A stretch of DNA of 32,000 nucleotides, taken from contig NC_010482.1 of the NCBI RefSeq assembly GCF_000019605.1, positions 1,500,001-1,532,000 of the forward strand, given 5' to 3'. The position numbers and the translations under genes are program-made. The notes below the pieces were generated by a model. The model had not been told where the DNA came from. It was given only the letters and a program-made list of their open reading frames with translations, and made no database searches. How positions within the stretch are numbered: the stretch's first letter is position 1; every line of letters begins with the position of its first letter. This stretch comes from Candidatus Korarchaeum cryptofilum OPF8. Lineage in GTDB: Archaea; Korarchaeota; Korarchaeia; Korarchaeales; Korarchaeaceae. Of this stretch, positions 1 to 9,020 are shown piece by piece.

Positions 1-236
1 CTCTTGAATGCTCTCCCAAGGTCCAATGATTTCCCTGGATATTTGTAAATAGGAACTCCAGCTAGCTTTGAGAGGTACTCTAGTTCCATCCTCAGTTCCT
101 CAGGTATATTGCTCGCTAGGACAACTAGCTTCGGGTTGTTTCCAGACTTAAGCTGTCTTATTACTTTTTTTGCCCCCAATATCACTTTACCTGACTTAGA
201 GGCTAGGTAAAGCTCGGATTCCACTTCGCTACTCAT
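1..236 (-). CDS. rpl30e: Ribosomal protein L30e (eL30), N-terminal ~78 aa; gene continues past the window start
   Basis: My own minus-strand translation from ATG 236..234 gives MSSEVESELYLASKSGKVILGAKKVIRQLKSGNNPKLVVLASNIPEELRMELEYLSKLAGVPIYKYPGKSLDLGRAFK. This fits the L30e pattern (GK..G......L..G..KLV..A.N.P.....EY....G.P.Y...G.S.ELG). Position directly after rpoA is canonical. The ATG overlaps the rpoA stop (ATGAGTAG, 8 nt). Confidence 0.85.
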   Translation of the reverse strand, partial: MSSEVESELYLASKSGKVILGAKKVIRQLKSGNNPKLVVLASNIPEELRMELEYLSKLAGVPIYKYPGKSLDLGRAFK

Positions 237-3200
237 TTCTCAACACCTCCTTCGCTTTCCCACTGAAGTCCCATAGCACCGATACCTTGCCCGTTCCTAT
301 AGGTGGGGTCTGTCCCATTATTAAGGCATCGAGTGGGCCCAATATCTTATTCACCTCCCCCCTCCTAGCGGTGTTGAGTATCACGTGAGTCGTCCATTCG
401 AAGGCCATCTTGCTCAGGGGCGTCTTCATCTCGCTGAAGAAACCTGAGGATACGCCGGCAGCCTGGAGCCTTATGGCCTCTATAGTCCCGGAATAAGTCA
501 TTATATCAGCGACGAGGGAGATGTACCTCCTATCTACCTCGAGCCCCTGCTCCTCTAGGATGCTGGCTAGCTCGTTGAATATGCAGTTCCTCGCCGCCTC
601 TATACCGAGGACCCTCTCAATCTCCTTGCAGTCATTCGTAATGGTCCTCGCTATATCTACGCAGCTCATGCTCAAAACAGCAGCTAAGTTGGATCCGGAG
701 GTCCTTATGATGTATTCCTTCCTCCCATCTGTTTCGACTGTCTCCACCCATGCCCTCTTTATCCCCCTGACGCCAGATACGGGCTTATCTAATATCCTGT
801 AGGACCAAGACCTCAGCGTTTGGAGGGGCTTGTCCCTCTCGGCCGCCTCATAGAGGTCCACTATTATCCTATCGTCCTCTAACTCAACCTCCCCCTTCAT
901 CCCCTTAGCTGTGGCCCTTATTATATTCAGGAACCTCTCCATAGGTATCATATTGTTCTCCAAAGCCCTCTTGTCCGGCTTTATCGTTAACCTATAATTG
1001 AAGTTATCAATAGCATATTCCTCTATTAGATCCCTCACCCTGAGCTCCTTCAGATTCCTGAGGATCTTCCTGAGGTTCGATATATCCTCCTGGCATTTCT
1101 GTTTCAAGTATATCTTCATCGTCGGCGTGCTGGTCGATGCGTAGAAGACCAGCTCCTTGAACCTCTCCACACCGTGGGTCACGTCCATAGCTAGGAGACC
1201 CGGAGCATGGAAAGTCCTGAGCACCATCTGCGTAGTGGGCTCAGCGATACTTTGAGCGCTTATCAGACCTATGGGTGTGAGCACCTCCACTTTGGCCCTC
1301 TCGAATCCCTCCTTCAGTTCAGCTATTATCTCCTTTAACTCGCTCTCCTTGGGTCTAGCTCCGTGTATGGCATCAGCTAGGGATAGGGGAAGATTCGCTT
1401 CCTTCAGGAGCTCCTCGATCTTATCCTTTGAAACTCCTCTCTTCCTCTCCTCCTTCACATACTTCCTTATTATCCTCTCCAAGTTAACTGGCTCATTCCT
1501 GAAGAGCTTCGTCGGATCGTAACCATCGCCCCCGAACTTGAACTGGATTATATGTCCCATTGAATCCCTGACTGTCTCGTCGTAGGAGACATAAACGTCC
1601 TTCAGGGAATTAGCCACCCTCCTGTAGAAGTATCCGCTATCCTCGGTCCTTCTACCCTTATCTATAAGGGATTCCCTGCTCGACATGGCATGGAAGATGA
1701 ACTCAGCTGGATTCAAGCCGCTCACATAACTGTTCTTAACGAAACCTCTAGCTTCAGGGCTCAAATCTCCCCTCTGGAAGTAAGAGAGGACCCTATCCTT
1801 ATACCCCTTCCTCGGCCTCCCGCTCGTTAGCACGAACCCTATTCTGGTCTTCACCTTCTGCTGTCCCACCTGTCCTACTATCTGAGCTAAGTTAGCCATA
1901 GAGCCCCTGGCCCCGGTCTTGGCCATTATGCTCACGTTGGACTTGGGATCTATGTACTTCGATATCACGCTGCTCACCTTACCCCAGAAGCTATCCATCG
2001 TCTGAACTATATCGAACTCAAGCATCTGCTCCTCCCTCATTATCCTCAGGAGCTCTTCTTTCGTCCTGTAAATTGTGATCTTCCTTGTTATTGGCCTGCT
2101 CCTTATCAACCTCGTTACCTCTTCCTTCATGTTTGAGTAGATTTCCTCTATCTCCCTCTTAGCCTCCTCAGGTATCATAAGCTCCTTCGGGGAGTTAGTT
2201 ATGCCGTATAGGAGCACTTCCTTCGATGCTATCTTCAAGAGCTTATTCAGGAATTCTATCGCCACATCCTCTCCGTAATCCCTTATCAGGACATCTATCA
2301 GCGTCAATCTTCCCTTAACGAGAGTACCAACTATGTTATCATCTAGAACTCCAGAGAGGAGCTTCCCCTCCCTTATGAGCACGTATCCATCTCCCAGACA
2401 GGAGGGATCCTTGCATTCCGAAGCCTTGACCGCTGACTTAGCTATACCCTCGAAGTTCAAGTCCTTCGGGAGAAGCATTGAGATCAGCTGCTTCCCGGTC
2501 CAGAGCCTCTTGGGCCTCTTTATAGCGGGCTCAGGTAACTGAGTTATCCCAGCCCTTGAGAGGATCCTGGTAGCCTCATTCTTATCGAAGAGGGCATCCT
2601 TCTTCGTTATCATGTAGAGGGCTGTTATGAAGTCCTGTCTAGCCCCTATTATTGAGCCTCCAGTCCTGGGTGAGAGCATGTTGTACTTCACTCCCATGAG
2701 CTCCCTCACTTCAACGCTCCCATCCAGTATCTGGGGTACGTGGAGGTTCATCTCATCCCCATCGAAGTCCGCATTGTAGGGGACGCAGACAGCTGGATGT
2801 AACCTGAAAGTAGCTCCTGGCAGAACCTTAACTCTATGCCCCAGCATTGAGAGCTTGTGGAGGGAAGGCTGCCTGTTGAATATTACGTAATCACCATCCA
2901 TGAGGTGCCTCTCAACTATATCCCCTGGCTCCAGCTGCTCGGCTGCCTCCCTCAGGGCATCCTTCCCCTTCCTCTGAAGTATCTTCAGGCTTATAGGTGT
3001 GACCCCTCCTTTCCTTATCGCGTTGGCGCCGGGATACTCATCAGGTCCCCTCATTACGAGCTCCTTCATCTTCTCTATGTTATTCTCATTGACGTACTCC
3101 GGGACAGTGAGGACCATCGCTATCTCAACTGGGACACCGACCTCATCGATATCTATCATGGGATCCGGAGATATCACAGTCCTAGCTGAGAAATTGACCC

Positions 3201-4203
3201 TTTTACCTATCAAATTCTTCCTGAGCCTTCCCTCCTTCCCGCTGAGCCTCTGGAATAGGGATTTGAGGGGCCTCCTGGTCCCCTTCTGCATAGCCACAGG
3301 CATGCCAGCTGTAGCGTTATTGAAGAATACGCTCACCCAGTACTGCAGATGATCCCATTCACTCTCCACCATGCTTACAGGAGCACCAACCTTCTTAGAA
3401 TTATTCAGCTTCCTATTAGCCTTCAGTATCTCAACTAATATGTGGGTGAGATCGTCCTCGGACCTCTCACCCGTCTCCAGGTATATTGAGGGCCTCGCGG
3501 TCAGAGGGGGAACCAATAGGACCGTGAGAACTGCCCACTCCGGTCTCGCCTTCTTAGGGTCAAACCCTATGAGAAGGGAGTCATCGTCACTTATTTTCTC
3601 CAAAATGTCCCTTATTTCATTGGGCCATAATCTCCTCGGCTCGGGCTCCTTAACGATGAACTTGTAAACTTCCTCCAACTCAACCCTGTGGACAGGAGCC
3701 CCGCAATGCGGGCACTTCTTATGCTTCTTCGCATATACCTTGACCTGATCCCTAACCTCCCTCACCAGCTCATCATCAACTACCTTCTCAGGATTATCCC
3801 TAGCGTACTCATGGGCCCTCTCAATGAGCTGAGATCTCCTCTCCTGGGGAAGCAGGACCTTCCCGCACTTATGACAGACCGTATTGAGGACGTCCTTTAT
3901 CCTCTTCACGTAGCCTATGTGTATCACTGGCATCGCTAACTCTATCCTTCCGAAGTGCCCGGGGCAGTTCTTGGGGAGATTCCCGCATACAGGGCACCTC
4001 TGCCTCGGATTTATCGTCCCCAGCCTTGGATCCAGGACACCTCCCTGAACCGGAAGACCTCCCTCATCATAAGCCGTTGGCTCCGTTATCTCTATGAACC
4101 CTATCTTCCTAGCGTCGGCCGGTGATATGAGCCCGAAGATCACCTTATCTAGTCTATAGGGCAGGATCTCCTCCTCAGGTACCGGCTCCCATATCAACGC
4201 CAA
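229..4203 (-). CDS. rpoA: DNA-directed RNA polymerase subunit A, with A' and A'' modules fused in one ORF (1324 aa)
   Basis: N-terminal Zn motifs CPVCG...CPGHFG, catalytic YNADFDGDEMNLH, and the A''-type hallmark AQSIAEPTTQMVLRTFHAPG all lie in one uninterrupted frame. TTG start at 4203 is preceded by GGGGTGGG. Confidence 0.97.
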   Translation of the reverse strand: MALIWEPVPEEEILPYRLDKVIFGLISPADARKIGFIEITEPTAYDEGGLPVQGGVLDPRLGTINPRQRCPVCGNLPKNCPGHFGRIELAMPVIHIGYVKRIKDVLNTVCHKCGKVLLPQERRSQLIERAHEYARDNPEKVVDDELVREVRDQVKVYAKKHKKCPHCGAPVHRVELEEVYKFIVKEPEPRRLWPNEIRDILEKISDDDSLLIGFDPKKARPEWAVLTVLLVPPLTARPSIYLETGERSEDDLTHILVEILKANRKLNNSKKVGAPVSMVESEWDHLQYWVSVFFNNATAGMPVAMQKGTRRPLKSLFQRLSGKEGRLRKNLIGKRVNFSARTVISPDPMIDIDEVGVPVEIAMVLTVPEYVNENNIEKMKELVMRGPDEYPGANAIRKGGVTPISLKILQRKGKDALREAAEQLEPGDIVERHLMDGDYVIFNRQPSLHKLSMLGHRVKVLPGATFRLHPAVCVPYNADFDGDEMNLHVPQILDGSVEVRELMGVKYNMLSPRTGGSIIGARQDFITALYMITKKDALFDKNEATRILSRAGITQLPEPAIKRPKRLWTGKQLISMLLPKDLNFEGIAKSAVKASECKDPSCLGDGYVLIREGKLLSGVLDDNIVGTLVKGRLTLIDVLIRDYGEDVAIEFLNKLLKIASKEVLLYGITNSPKELMIPEEAKREIEEIYSNMKEEVTRLIRSRPITRKITIYRTKEELLRIMREEQMLEFDIVQTMDSFWGKVSSVISKYIDPKSNVSIMAKTGARGSMANLAQIVGQVGQQKVKTRIGFVLTSGRPRKGYKDRVLSYFQRGDLSPEARGFVKNSYVSGLNPAEFIFHAMSSRESLIDKGRRTEDSGYFYRRVANSLKDVYVSYDETVRDSMGHIIQFKFGGDGYDPTKLFRNEPVNLERIIRKYVKEERKRGVSKDKIEELLKEANLPLSLADAIHGARPKESELKEIIAELKEGFERAKVEVLTPIGLISAQSIAEPTTQMVLRTFHAPGLLAMDVTHGVERFKELVFYASTSTPTMKIYLKQKCQEDISNLRKILRNLKELRVRDLIEEYAIDNFNYRLTIKPDKRALENNMIPMERFLNIIRATAKGMKGEVELEDDRIIVDLYEAAERDKPLQTLRSWSYRILDKPVSGVRGIKRAWVETVETDGRKEYIIRTSGSNLAAVLSMSCVDIARTITNDCKEIERVLGIEAARNCIFNELASILEEQGLEVDRRYISLVADIMTYSGTIEAIRLQAAGVSSGFFSEMKTPLSKMAFEWTTHVILNTARRGEVNKILGPLDALIMGQTPPIGTGKVSVLWDFSGKAKEVLRNE

Positions 4204-4213
4204 AGTCCCACCC

Positions 4214-7200
4214 CTATATCTCCTCCTCCACGCTGAGCCTCACATCTACGTGCCCGCTCATCAGCTCCTCTATGAATAGCTTCGAGGCGTAGCTAGTTAT
4301 CAGGGGCTTAACTTCAACTGAGGACTGGCACCTCGGGCAGAAGAACTCGTTAGTCTTCTGATTGAAGAACGCTATCGTTCCGCACTCCTTACAGACGTAA
4401 ATTATCGTCTTATCGGACTGATCTATGTACCTATCCCTTATGACGGAAGCAGCTCCGTGCGATATCAAAACTTCGCCCTCCATCTCGCCGAGCCTGAGCC
4501 CTCCTCCCCTGGCCCTTCCCTCAACCGGCTGCCTCGTGAGGAGTTGCATCTGCCCCCTAGCTCTCGCATGTATCTTATCCCTCACCATGTGCTTGAGCCT
4601 CTGGTAGTAGCTTATCCCTATGAAGACGGGGGCCTTTATCATCCTCCCGGTCCTCCCATCGTACATTATCTCCTCCCCGCTGTACTCGAATCCCAGCTTG
4701 ACCAATGCCTCCATCAAATCCTCAACGGGCTCTGACATGAACGGAGTCCCATCCACGAACCTCCCCTCCAGAGCCCCGACCTTGCCAGCTATTATCTCGT
4801 AGAGCTGGCCTATAGTCATCCTGGAAGGTATCGTGTGAGGATCCAGGACTATATCCGGAATTATCCCCTGAGCTGTGAAGGGCATGTCCTCATGCCTGTA
4901 TATCATCCCGAGAACACCTTTCTGCCCATGCCTAGTAGCGAACTTATCACCTAGTTCAGGAGGCCTCGTTTCCCTCACGTTCACTCTTACGAGCTTCTCC
5001 CCACCCGTCTTAGTAGCTAGTAATACGTCTGTGACCACTCCCCTCTCCCAGGCCCTCATTGAGATAGAGGTATCTCTCCTCTCGAAGGTGTACTGCGGGT
5101 ACCCGCTACCCACGGTCAGCTCGGGTGAGAACCTCGGGGGGCTGGTCTTCCCTATGAGGACATCCCCTCCCTCTACATAAGTTTCGGGATCCACTATGCC
5201 ATCCTCACCCAGCTTCTGATAGTACTGCTCCTCCTTCTTGCCCGAGACCTTCTTCAGGGCTACTGGATTCTCGAACTTATCTCCCTCTATTATGGCATGC
5301 CTCCTCGCTTCCGTCTCATAAGTCCTGAAGAACACAGCTCTAGCTGCTCCCCTGTCTATAGCCCCCTTGGACATCACCAGCGCGTCATCCATGTTATATC
5401 CGTCCATCGGAAGGAGGGCGACGACCAAGTTCTGGCCGGAGGGCCTGTAATTGTAGCCAGTTATCTCAGCCCCTCTCGTCTCAACTATTGGCCTCTGCGG
5501 ATAGAACATGAGGAATGCCCTGCTATCGAATCTGAGCCTCCAGTTAGCTAGATACTCCCCTAGTCCCTGCCTCACCATATTAGAGCCTATTATATCCCTA
5601 GGTATGTTGTTGTGCTCAGCGTAAGGTATCTGGGATGCAGCTACGCCGAACATAGCGTAGGGGGCGAAGTCGAAGTGCGTGTGCTTATCAGTTATCTCCT
5701 CAATGCTCTGAGCAACGACAGCGTATTCCTCCTCATCGGCATCTAGGAGCTCAACTACACCCATCTTCACGAGATCGGTGAAGCTCAGCTCACCCGAATC
5801 CACCTTCGGAAGGAGCTCCATAGCTTCCTTCAGCTTGCTGACCGGTATGAGGGGCCTCCTCATCCTCCCGGCATCGGCGTTTATGAATACGGCTCCTTCC
5901 TCCCTATTATATATGAAATTGACCTCTGGGTTGAGCTCGGCTCTCTTCTCCCTGAGGAAGCTCACAAGTTCCTCGGGCTTATCTGTGAAAGCTACGAGCC
6001 TCCCATTAACGTATACAGGTGTTAAGCTCCCCACTTCCCTTGGCTTCGCTTCCTTAGCCGGCTTCGCGCCCCAATCGAGCACCAACTCTATTATGGGCTC
6101 CGGATCCGTCCCGAATGTGACATCGCAGAATATAGCTAAGCTCCTCACTAGTCCTACGTTCGTTCCCTCGGGAGTCTCTAGGGGGCAAAGCCTCCCTATG
6201 CTCGTCCCATGAGTCTGCCTAACTTCATGGAGCGGGAGGCCAGCGGGGAGGGGCGAATTGACCCTCCTCAAGTGATGCAGGGTAGCTATGTAATTCGTCC
6301 TCTCTAGGTTCTGGCTGACTCCCAGATCCCCTCCTGGCCATGCACCTGTAGCCACAGCCCTTATTATCCTCTGAGTGACGAGCTTCTGGCTCTGAATTAT
6401 CCTCCTTATATCCAGATCATAGACACCGCTGCTCAACTGCTCATCAGCTTTCTCCTTGAGCTTCCTGACCAGCTGGTAGAAGGAATCCCTGAATACTTCC
6501 TGCATGAGAGTACCCGAGAGCCTCAGCCTCTTGTTTGAGAAGTGATCCTTATCGTCCGGCTCTAGCTTACCCCTGACGACCTTGAGCAGCTTCTCTATCA
6601 TCTTCGCCAGGAAGTAAGCTTTTACTATGTTATCCTCCTCACTCACCCCTATGTGGGGGAGGAAGTTATTCCTCAGGTACTCCTTGGCGTACCTTATCCT
6701 ATCCGCCCTGGGGACCGCTTGAACGAGCCTCCTCCCTATATAATCCAGAGCCTCCTCCCTCGTTATTATCTGGGCCCCTTCCTCCTCAGCTCTCCTCTGA
6801 ACATCATCCAAGCTGTAGAGGAACTCGCTCCTTATCTCATCATCCACGGATGATATGGCATCCACTATATCCTCATCCCTCTCCAAGCCCAGAGCCTTAA
6901 GGAGCATCGCTACCGGGATCCCCCTCAGAGCTCCCGTGGATGCCTTTATCGTCCCATCCCTCATGTAATACTCTAAGTATAGCCTGGTCCTCAGACCAGC
7001 TCTAGCTGAGACTATCTGAGCTACATGCGAATAGGGCTTATTCTCAGCCACTGTCTGCTCGACTATCACTTTATTCGGTGCTATATCGTCCCTCATGACG
7101 AGGACCCTCTCAGAGCCGTTTATTATGAAATAGCCACCCGGATCCCTGGGATCCTCCCCCTTGCTTATTAGCCTCTTTTCATCTAGCCCATATAGGTAGC

Positions 7201-7579
7201 ATCCCTTAGATTTCACCATTATGGGGAGGTGGCCTATCCTCACCCTCTCAGTCTTGAGCTCCATACCTCCAGCGTATACCTTGATCTCCAGCTCGATAGG
7301 AGCTATGTAATCTGCGTTCCTCAACCTTATCTCATTGGGCATCGCCGGGAGTGAGGAACCATCGTACTCATCTATCTCAGGCCTTCCAACATATACCCTG
7401 CTGAGTATGAGCTTGTAATTCTCGACCAACTCTATCTCCTTGAAAGCATCGACTACTTCCTGTATACCCCTCTCCAGGAACCTGTTGAATGACTCTATCT
7501 GAACATCGGCAAGGTTCCTCTCCCTGAAGTAAGCCTTAACTATGGGATAGAAATCCACCTCGCTCCTCTTGGATAGCAA
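4214..7579 (-). CDS. rpoB: DNA-directed RNA polymerase subunit B, unsplit (1121 aa)
   Basis: Contains GDKFATRHGQKGV, PFTAQGIIPDIVLDPHTIPSRMTIGQ and a C-terminal Zn ribbon CKECG...CPRC. Lies between rpoH and rpoA. Start is either TTG 7579 or an in-frame GTG at 7558, both with upstream GAGG-type motifs. Confidence 0.97.
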   Translation of the reverse strand: MLSKRSEVDFYPIVKAYFRERNLADVQIESFNRFLERGIQEVVDAFKEIELVENYKLILSRVYVGRPEIDEYDGSSLPAMPNEIRLRNADYIAPIELEIKVYAGGMELKTERVRIGHLPIMVKSKGCYLYGLDEKRLISKGEDPRDPGGYFIINGSERVLVMRDDIAPNKVIVEQTVAENKPYSHVAQIVSARAGLRTRLYLEYYMRDGTIKASTGALRGIPVAMLLKALGLERDEDIVDAISSVDDEIRSEFLYSLDDVQRRAEEEGAQIITREEALDYIGRRLVQAVPRADRIRYAKEYLRNNFLPHIGVSEEDNIVKAYFLAKMIEKLLKVVRGKLEPDDKDHFSNKRLRLSGTLMQEVFRDSFYQLVRKLKEKADEQLSSGVYDLDIRRIIQSQKLVTQRIIRAVATGAWPGGDLGVSQNLERTNYIATLHHLRRVNSPLPAGLPLHEVRQTHGTSIGRLCPLETPEGTNVGLVRSLAIFCDVTFGTDPEPIIELVLDWGAKPAKEAKPREVGSLTPVYVNGRLVAFTDKPEELVSFLREKRAELNPEVNFIYNREEGAVFINADAGRMRRPLIPVSKLKEAMELLPKVDSGELSFTDLVKMGVVELLDADEEEYAVVAQSIEEITDKHTHFDFAPYAMFGVAASQIPYAEHNNIPRDIIGSNMVRQGLGEYLANWRLRFDSRAFLMFYPQRPIVETRGAEITGYNYRPSGQNLVVALLPMDGYNMDDALVMSKGAIDRGAARAVFFRTYETEARRHAIIEGDKFENPVALKKVSGKKEEQYYQKLGEDGIVDPETYVEGGDVLIGKTSPPRFSPELTVGSGYPQYTFERRDTSISMRAWERGVVTDVLLATKTGGEKLVRVNVRETRPPELGDKFATRHGQKGVLGMIYRHEDMPFTAQGIIPDIVLDPHTIPSRMTIGQLYEIIAGKVGALEGRFVDGTPFMSEPVEDLMEALVKLGFEYSGEEIMYDGRTGRMIKAPVFIGISYYQRLKHMVRDKIHARARGQMQLLTRQPVEGRARGGGLRLGEMEGEVLISHGAASVIRDRYIDQSDKTIIYVCKECGTIAFFNQKTNEFFCPRCQSSVEVKPLITSYASKLFIEELMSGHVDVRLSVEEEI

Positions 7580-7582
7580 ACT

Positions 7583-7933
7583 TCATCCCTCCTGAAAATG
7601 CCTTTCCCTCACTACGTACCTGTAATAGATCCCCTCATCCCTATATATCCTTATGAGATCCCCTGGCTTCGCCCCGAGTCTCTCAACCATAGGATCGCTC
7701 TCCAATATCTTCGGGAAAAGATCCAGAGGACCGTATCTCTGAATGAGAGCTATCTTCTCCTCCTCACTCACTATTTCATGCTTTGGGACGATCAAGCTCT
7801 CCTCTATGTTTATCTTCAGTGGTCTCCTTAACTTCTTGCCTCTCTTCCCCTCGGCCTCTACAACGGACTCCTCTTCGGTCTCATAATCTAGGGGGGCGCC
7901 AGCCCCCCGTAGGATATCATCCTCCTCTACCAA
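7583..7933 (-). CDS. rpoH: RNA polymerase subunit H (Rpb5 C-terminal homologue) with a ~45-aa charged N-terminal extension if TTG 7933 is used
   Basis: Core LIVPKHEIVSEEEKIALIQRYGPLDLFPKILESDPMVERLGAKPGDLIRIYRDEGIYYRYVV matches RpoH. It is the first gene of the rpoH-B-A operon. An alternative in-frame TTG at 7795 (preceded by GAGGAG) would give ~70 aa. Confidence 0.9.
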   Translation of the reverse strand: MVEEDDILRGAGAPLDYETEEESVVEAEGKRGKKLRRPLKINIEESLIVPKHEIVSEEEKIALIQRYGPLDLFPKILESDPMVERLGAKPGDLIRIYRDEGIYYRYVVRERHFQEG

Positions 7934-7985
7934 TCAGGCACCCCCATAGGGAATTCCGTATGATCGCTCCTCCCTACCGCTCCGC

Positions 7986-8000
7986 TTTTTAAATATATAC
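7986..8000 (-). promoter_or_regulatory. Candidate TATA/BRE for the rpoH-rpoB-rpoA operon
   Basis: Minus strand reads GTATATATTTAAAAA, the only strong AT-rich box upstream of rpoH, about 60 nt from TTG 7933. The leader would contain GGGGGTG (SD-like). Confidence 0.4.
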
Positions 8001-8188
8001 CTCAATGTAGTAGGGCATCAAATCCTCCAATAATACCTGAAAGGGATTAATTGCATCTATCTTGGACTGAAGGATTTTAATAAACCTTATCTCAAGCTAA
8101 AGATATCCAACTCCTCTCATCATGAGATCAGTCATTGGGGCTTGAGCAATCGTTTTTAAGGTTCGGATCCCAGATATAGGGGGTAAGG

Positions 8189-8782
8189 TTGGAGGAGGTC
8201 ATAGAGATAAGGTGGCACGGAAGAGGAGGTCAGGGGGCTGTTTTAGCTTCTAGGATAGCTGCTGGGGCTGCTTTCCTCGAGGGGAAGTGGTCTCAAGCCT
8301 TCCCCTTCTTCGGGGCCGAGAGGAGAGGAGCTCCTGTCACCGCTTTCACTAGGATAGGAAATTCCCCAATAAGGCTGAGGAGCCAGATATATGAGCCCGA
8401 TATATTGGTCCTGATGGACCCCATGTTCCTCAACATGGAGCTAGCCTGGAGGGGGGTCAAGCCCAGCACTATAGTGATAGCGAATACACCGAAGGCCCCT
8501 GAGGAGGTTTTCCTCCCTATGAGGGTGAAGAGGCTCACATGCGTTGATGCTACCGCTATAAGCATGAAACTCGGCCTTAAAGTAGCCGGACTCCCAGTAC
8601 CGAATTCCCCGATGGTAGGCGCCTTGATCAAGGGTACCTCCCTCTTCTCCGTCGAGAGCGCTGAGAGAGCCATAAGGGACATACTCCGCAGGGCTGCCGA
8701 TGTCAATGTCGAAGCCATGAGGAGGGCTTATGAGGAGGCATCAGTACTCGAGGAGCCAAAGGTGGAGGAAGCTCATGCCTGA
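8189..8782 (+). CDS. 2-oxoacid (pyruvate/ketoisovalerate-type):ferredoxin oxidoreductase gamma subunit, stand-alone
   Basis: IRWHGRGGQGAVLASRIAAGAAFLEGKWSQAFPFFGAERRGAPVTAFTRI is the typical POR/VOR gamma N-terminus (GRGGQG). No alpha, beta or delta subunit gene lies nearby. TTG start; TTTTTAAG box at 8152-8160. Confidence 0.85.
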   Translation: MEEVIEIRWHGRGGQGAVLASRIAAGAAFLEGKWSQAFPFFGAERRGAPVTAFTRIGNSPIRLRSQIYEPDILVLMDPMFLNMELAWRGVKPSTIVIANTPKAPEEVFLPMRVKRLTCVDATAISMKLGLKVAGLPVPNSPMVGALIKGTSLFSVESAERAIRDILRRAADVNVEAMRRAYEEASVLEEPKVEEAHA

Positions 8783-9012
8783 CCCTCTATGAAGGCATCG
8801 AAGAACCTAGTATAAGCATCTATTTTTCCTTCTCCAGGCTTCATCTCTATCTCTCTCACGAGGCCGCAGTTATAGCATCTTATTATGGCCTTCCCATCCT
8901 TCTTGCTCACTTCAACAGTTATGGAGTTGTGCTGGCAGGAAGGGCACCTGAGGAAAGCCGATTTCCTTCTCCTCCTCACCGGGGTTATTGTCCTCCTCTT
9001 CCTCCTTCCCAT
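8773..9012 (-). CDS. elf1: Elf1-type zinc-ribbon transcription elongation factor homologue (79 aa)
   Basis: MGRRKRRTITPVRRRRKSAFLRCPSCQHNSITVEVSKKDGKAIIRCYNCGLVREIEMKPGEGKIDAYTRFFDAFIEG has a basic N-terminal tail, a CxxC...CxxC ribbon and a D.Y..F.DA tail, as in eukaryotic Elf1. Its 3' end overlaps the convergent gamma-subunit gene by 10 nt. Confidence 0.8.
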   Translation of the reverse strand: MGRRKRRTITPVRRRRKSAFLRCPSCQHNSITVEVSKKDGKAIIRCYNCGLVREIEMKPGEGKIDAYTRFFDAFIEGQA

Positions 9013-9020
9013 GATCCACC

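Noticed and set aside
521-7992. About 20 plus-strand ORFs of 60-144 aa inside the rpoA, rpoB and rpoH coding regions (for example 521..802, 2999..3352, 5778..6212, 7598..7831).
   Set aside because: All lie antisense to genes with unmistakable RNAP motifs. Their products are Ser/Leu/Pro-rich low-complexity strings typical of shadow ORFs, and none has a promoter or SD context.
8117-8131. Minus-strand ATGATGA (C-box-like) adjacent to CTGA (D-box-like) in the rpoH/porG spacer, considered as a possible C/D box sRNA. Weak C-box-like strings were also seen at 19765-19775 and 19826-19840.
   Set aside because: The boxes are in the wrong order and spacing (CTGA lies 4 nt upstream of the C-like box). 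There is no matching terminal D box, C'/D' pair or terminal stem within 50-70 nt.
8293-8718. 141-aa minus-strand ORF inside the OFOR gamma gene. Similar antisense ORFs occur inside polC, priL, priS, the SQR-like gene, eif2a, the surface genes and alaS.
   Set aside because: These are shadow ORFs opposite well-supported genes, with no recognisable motifs.
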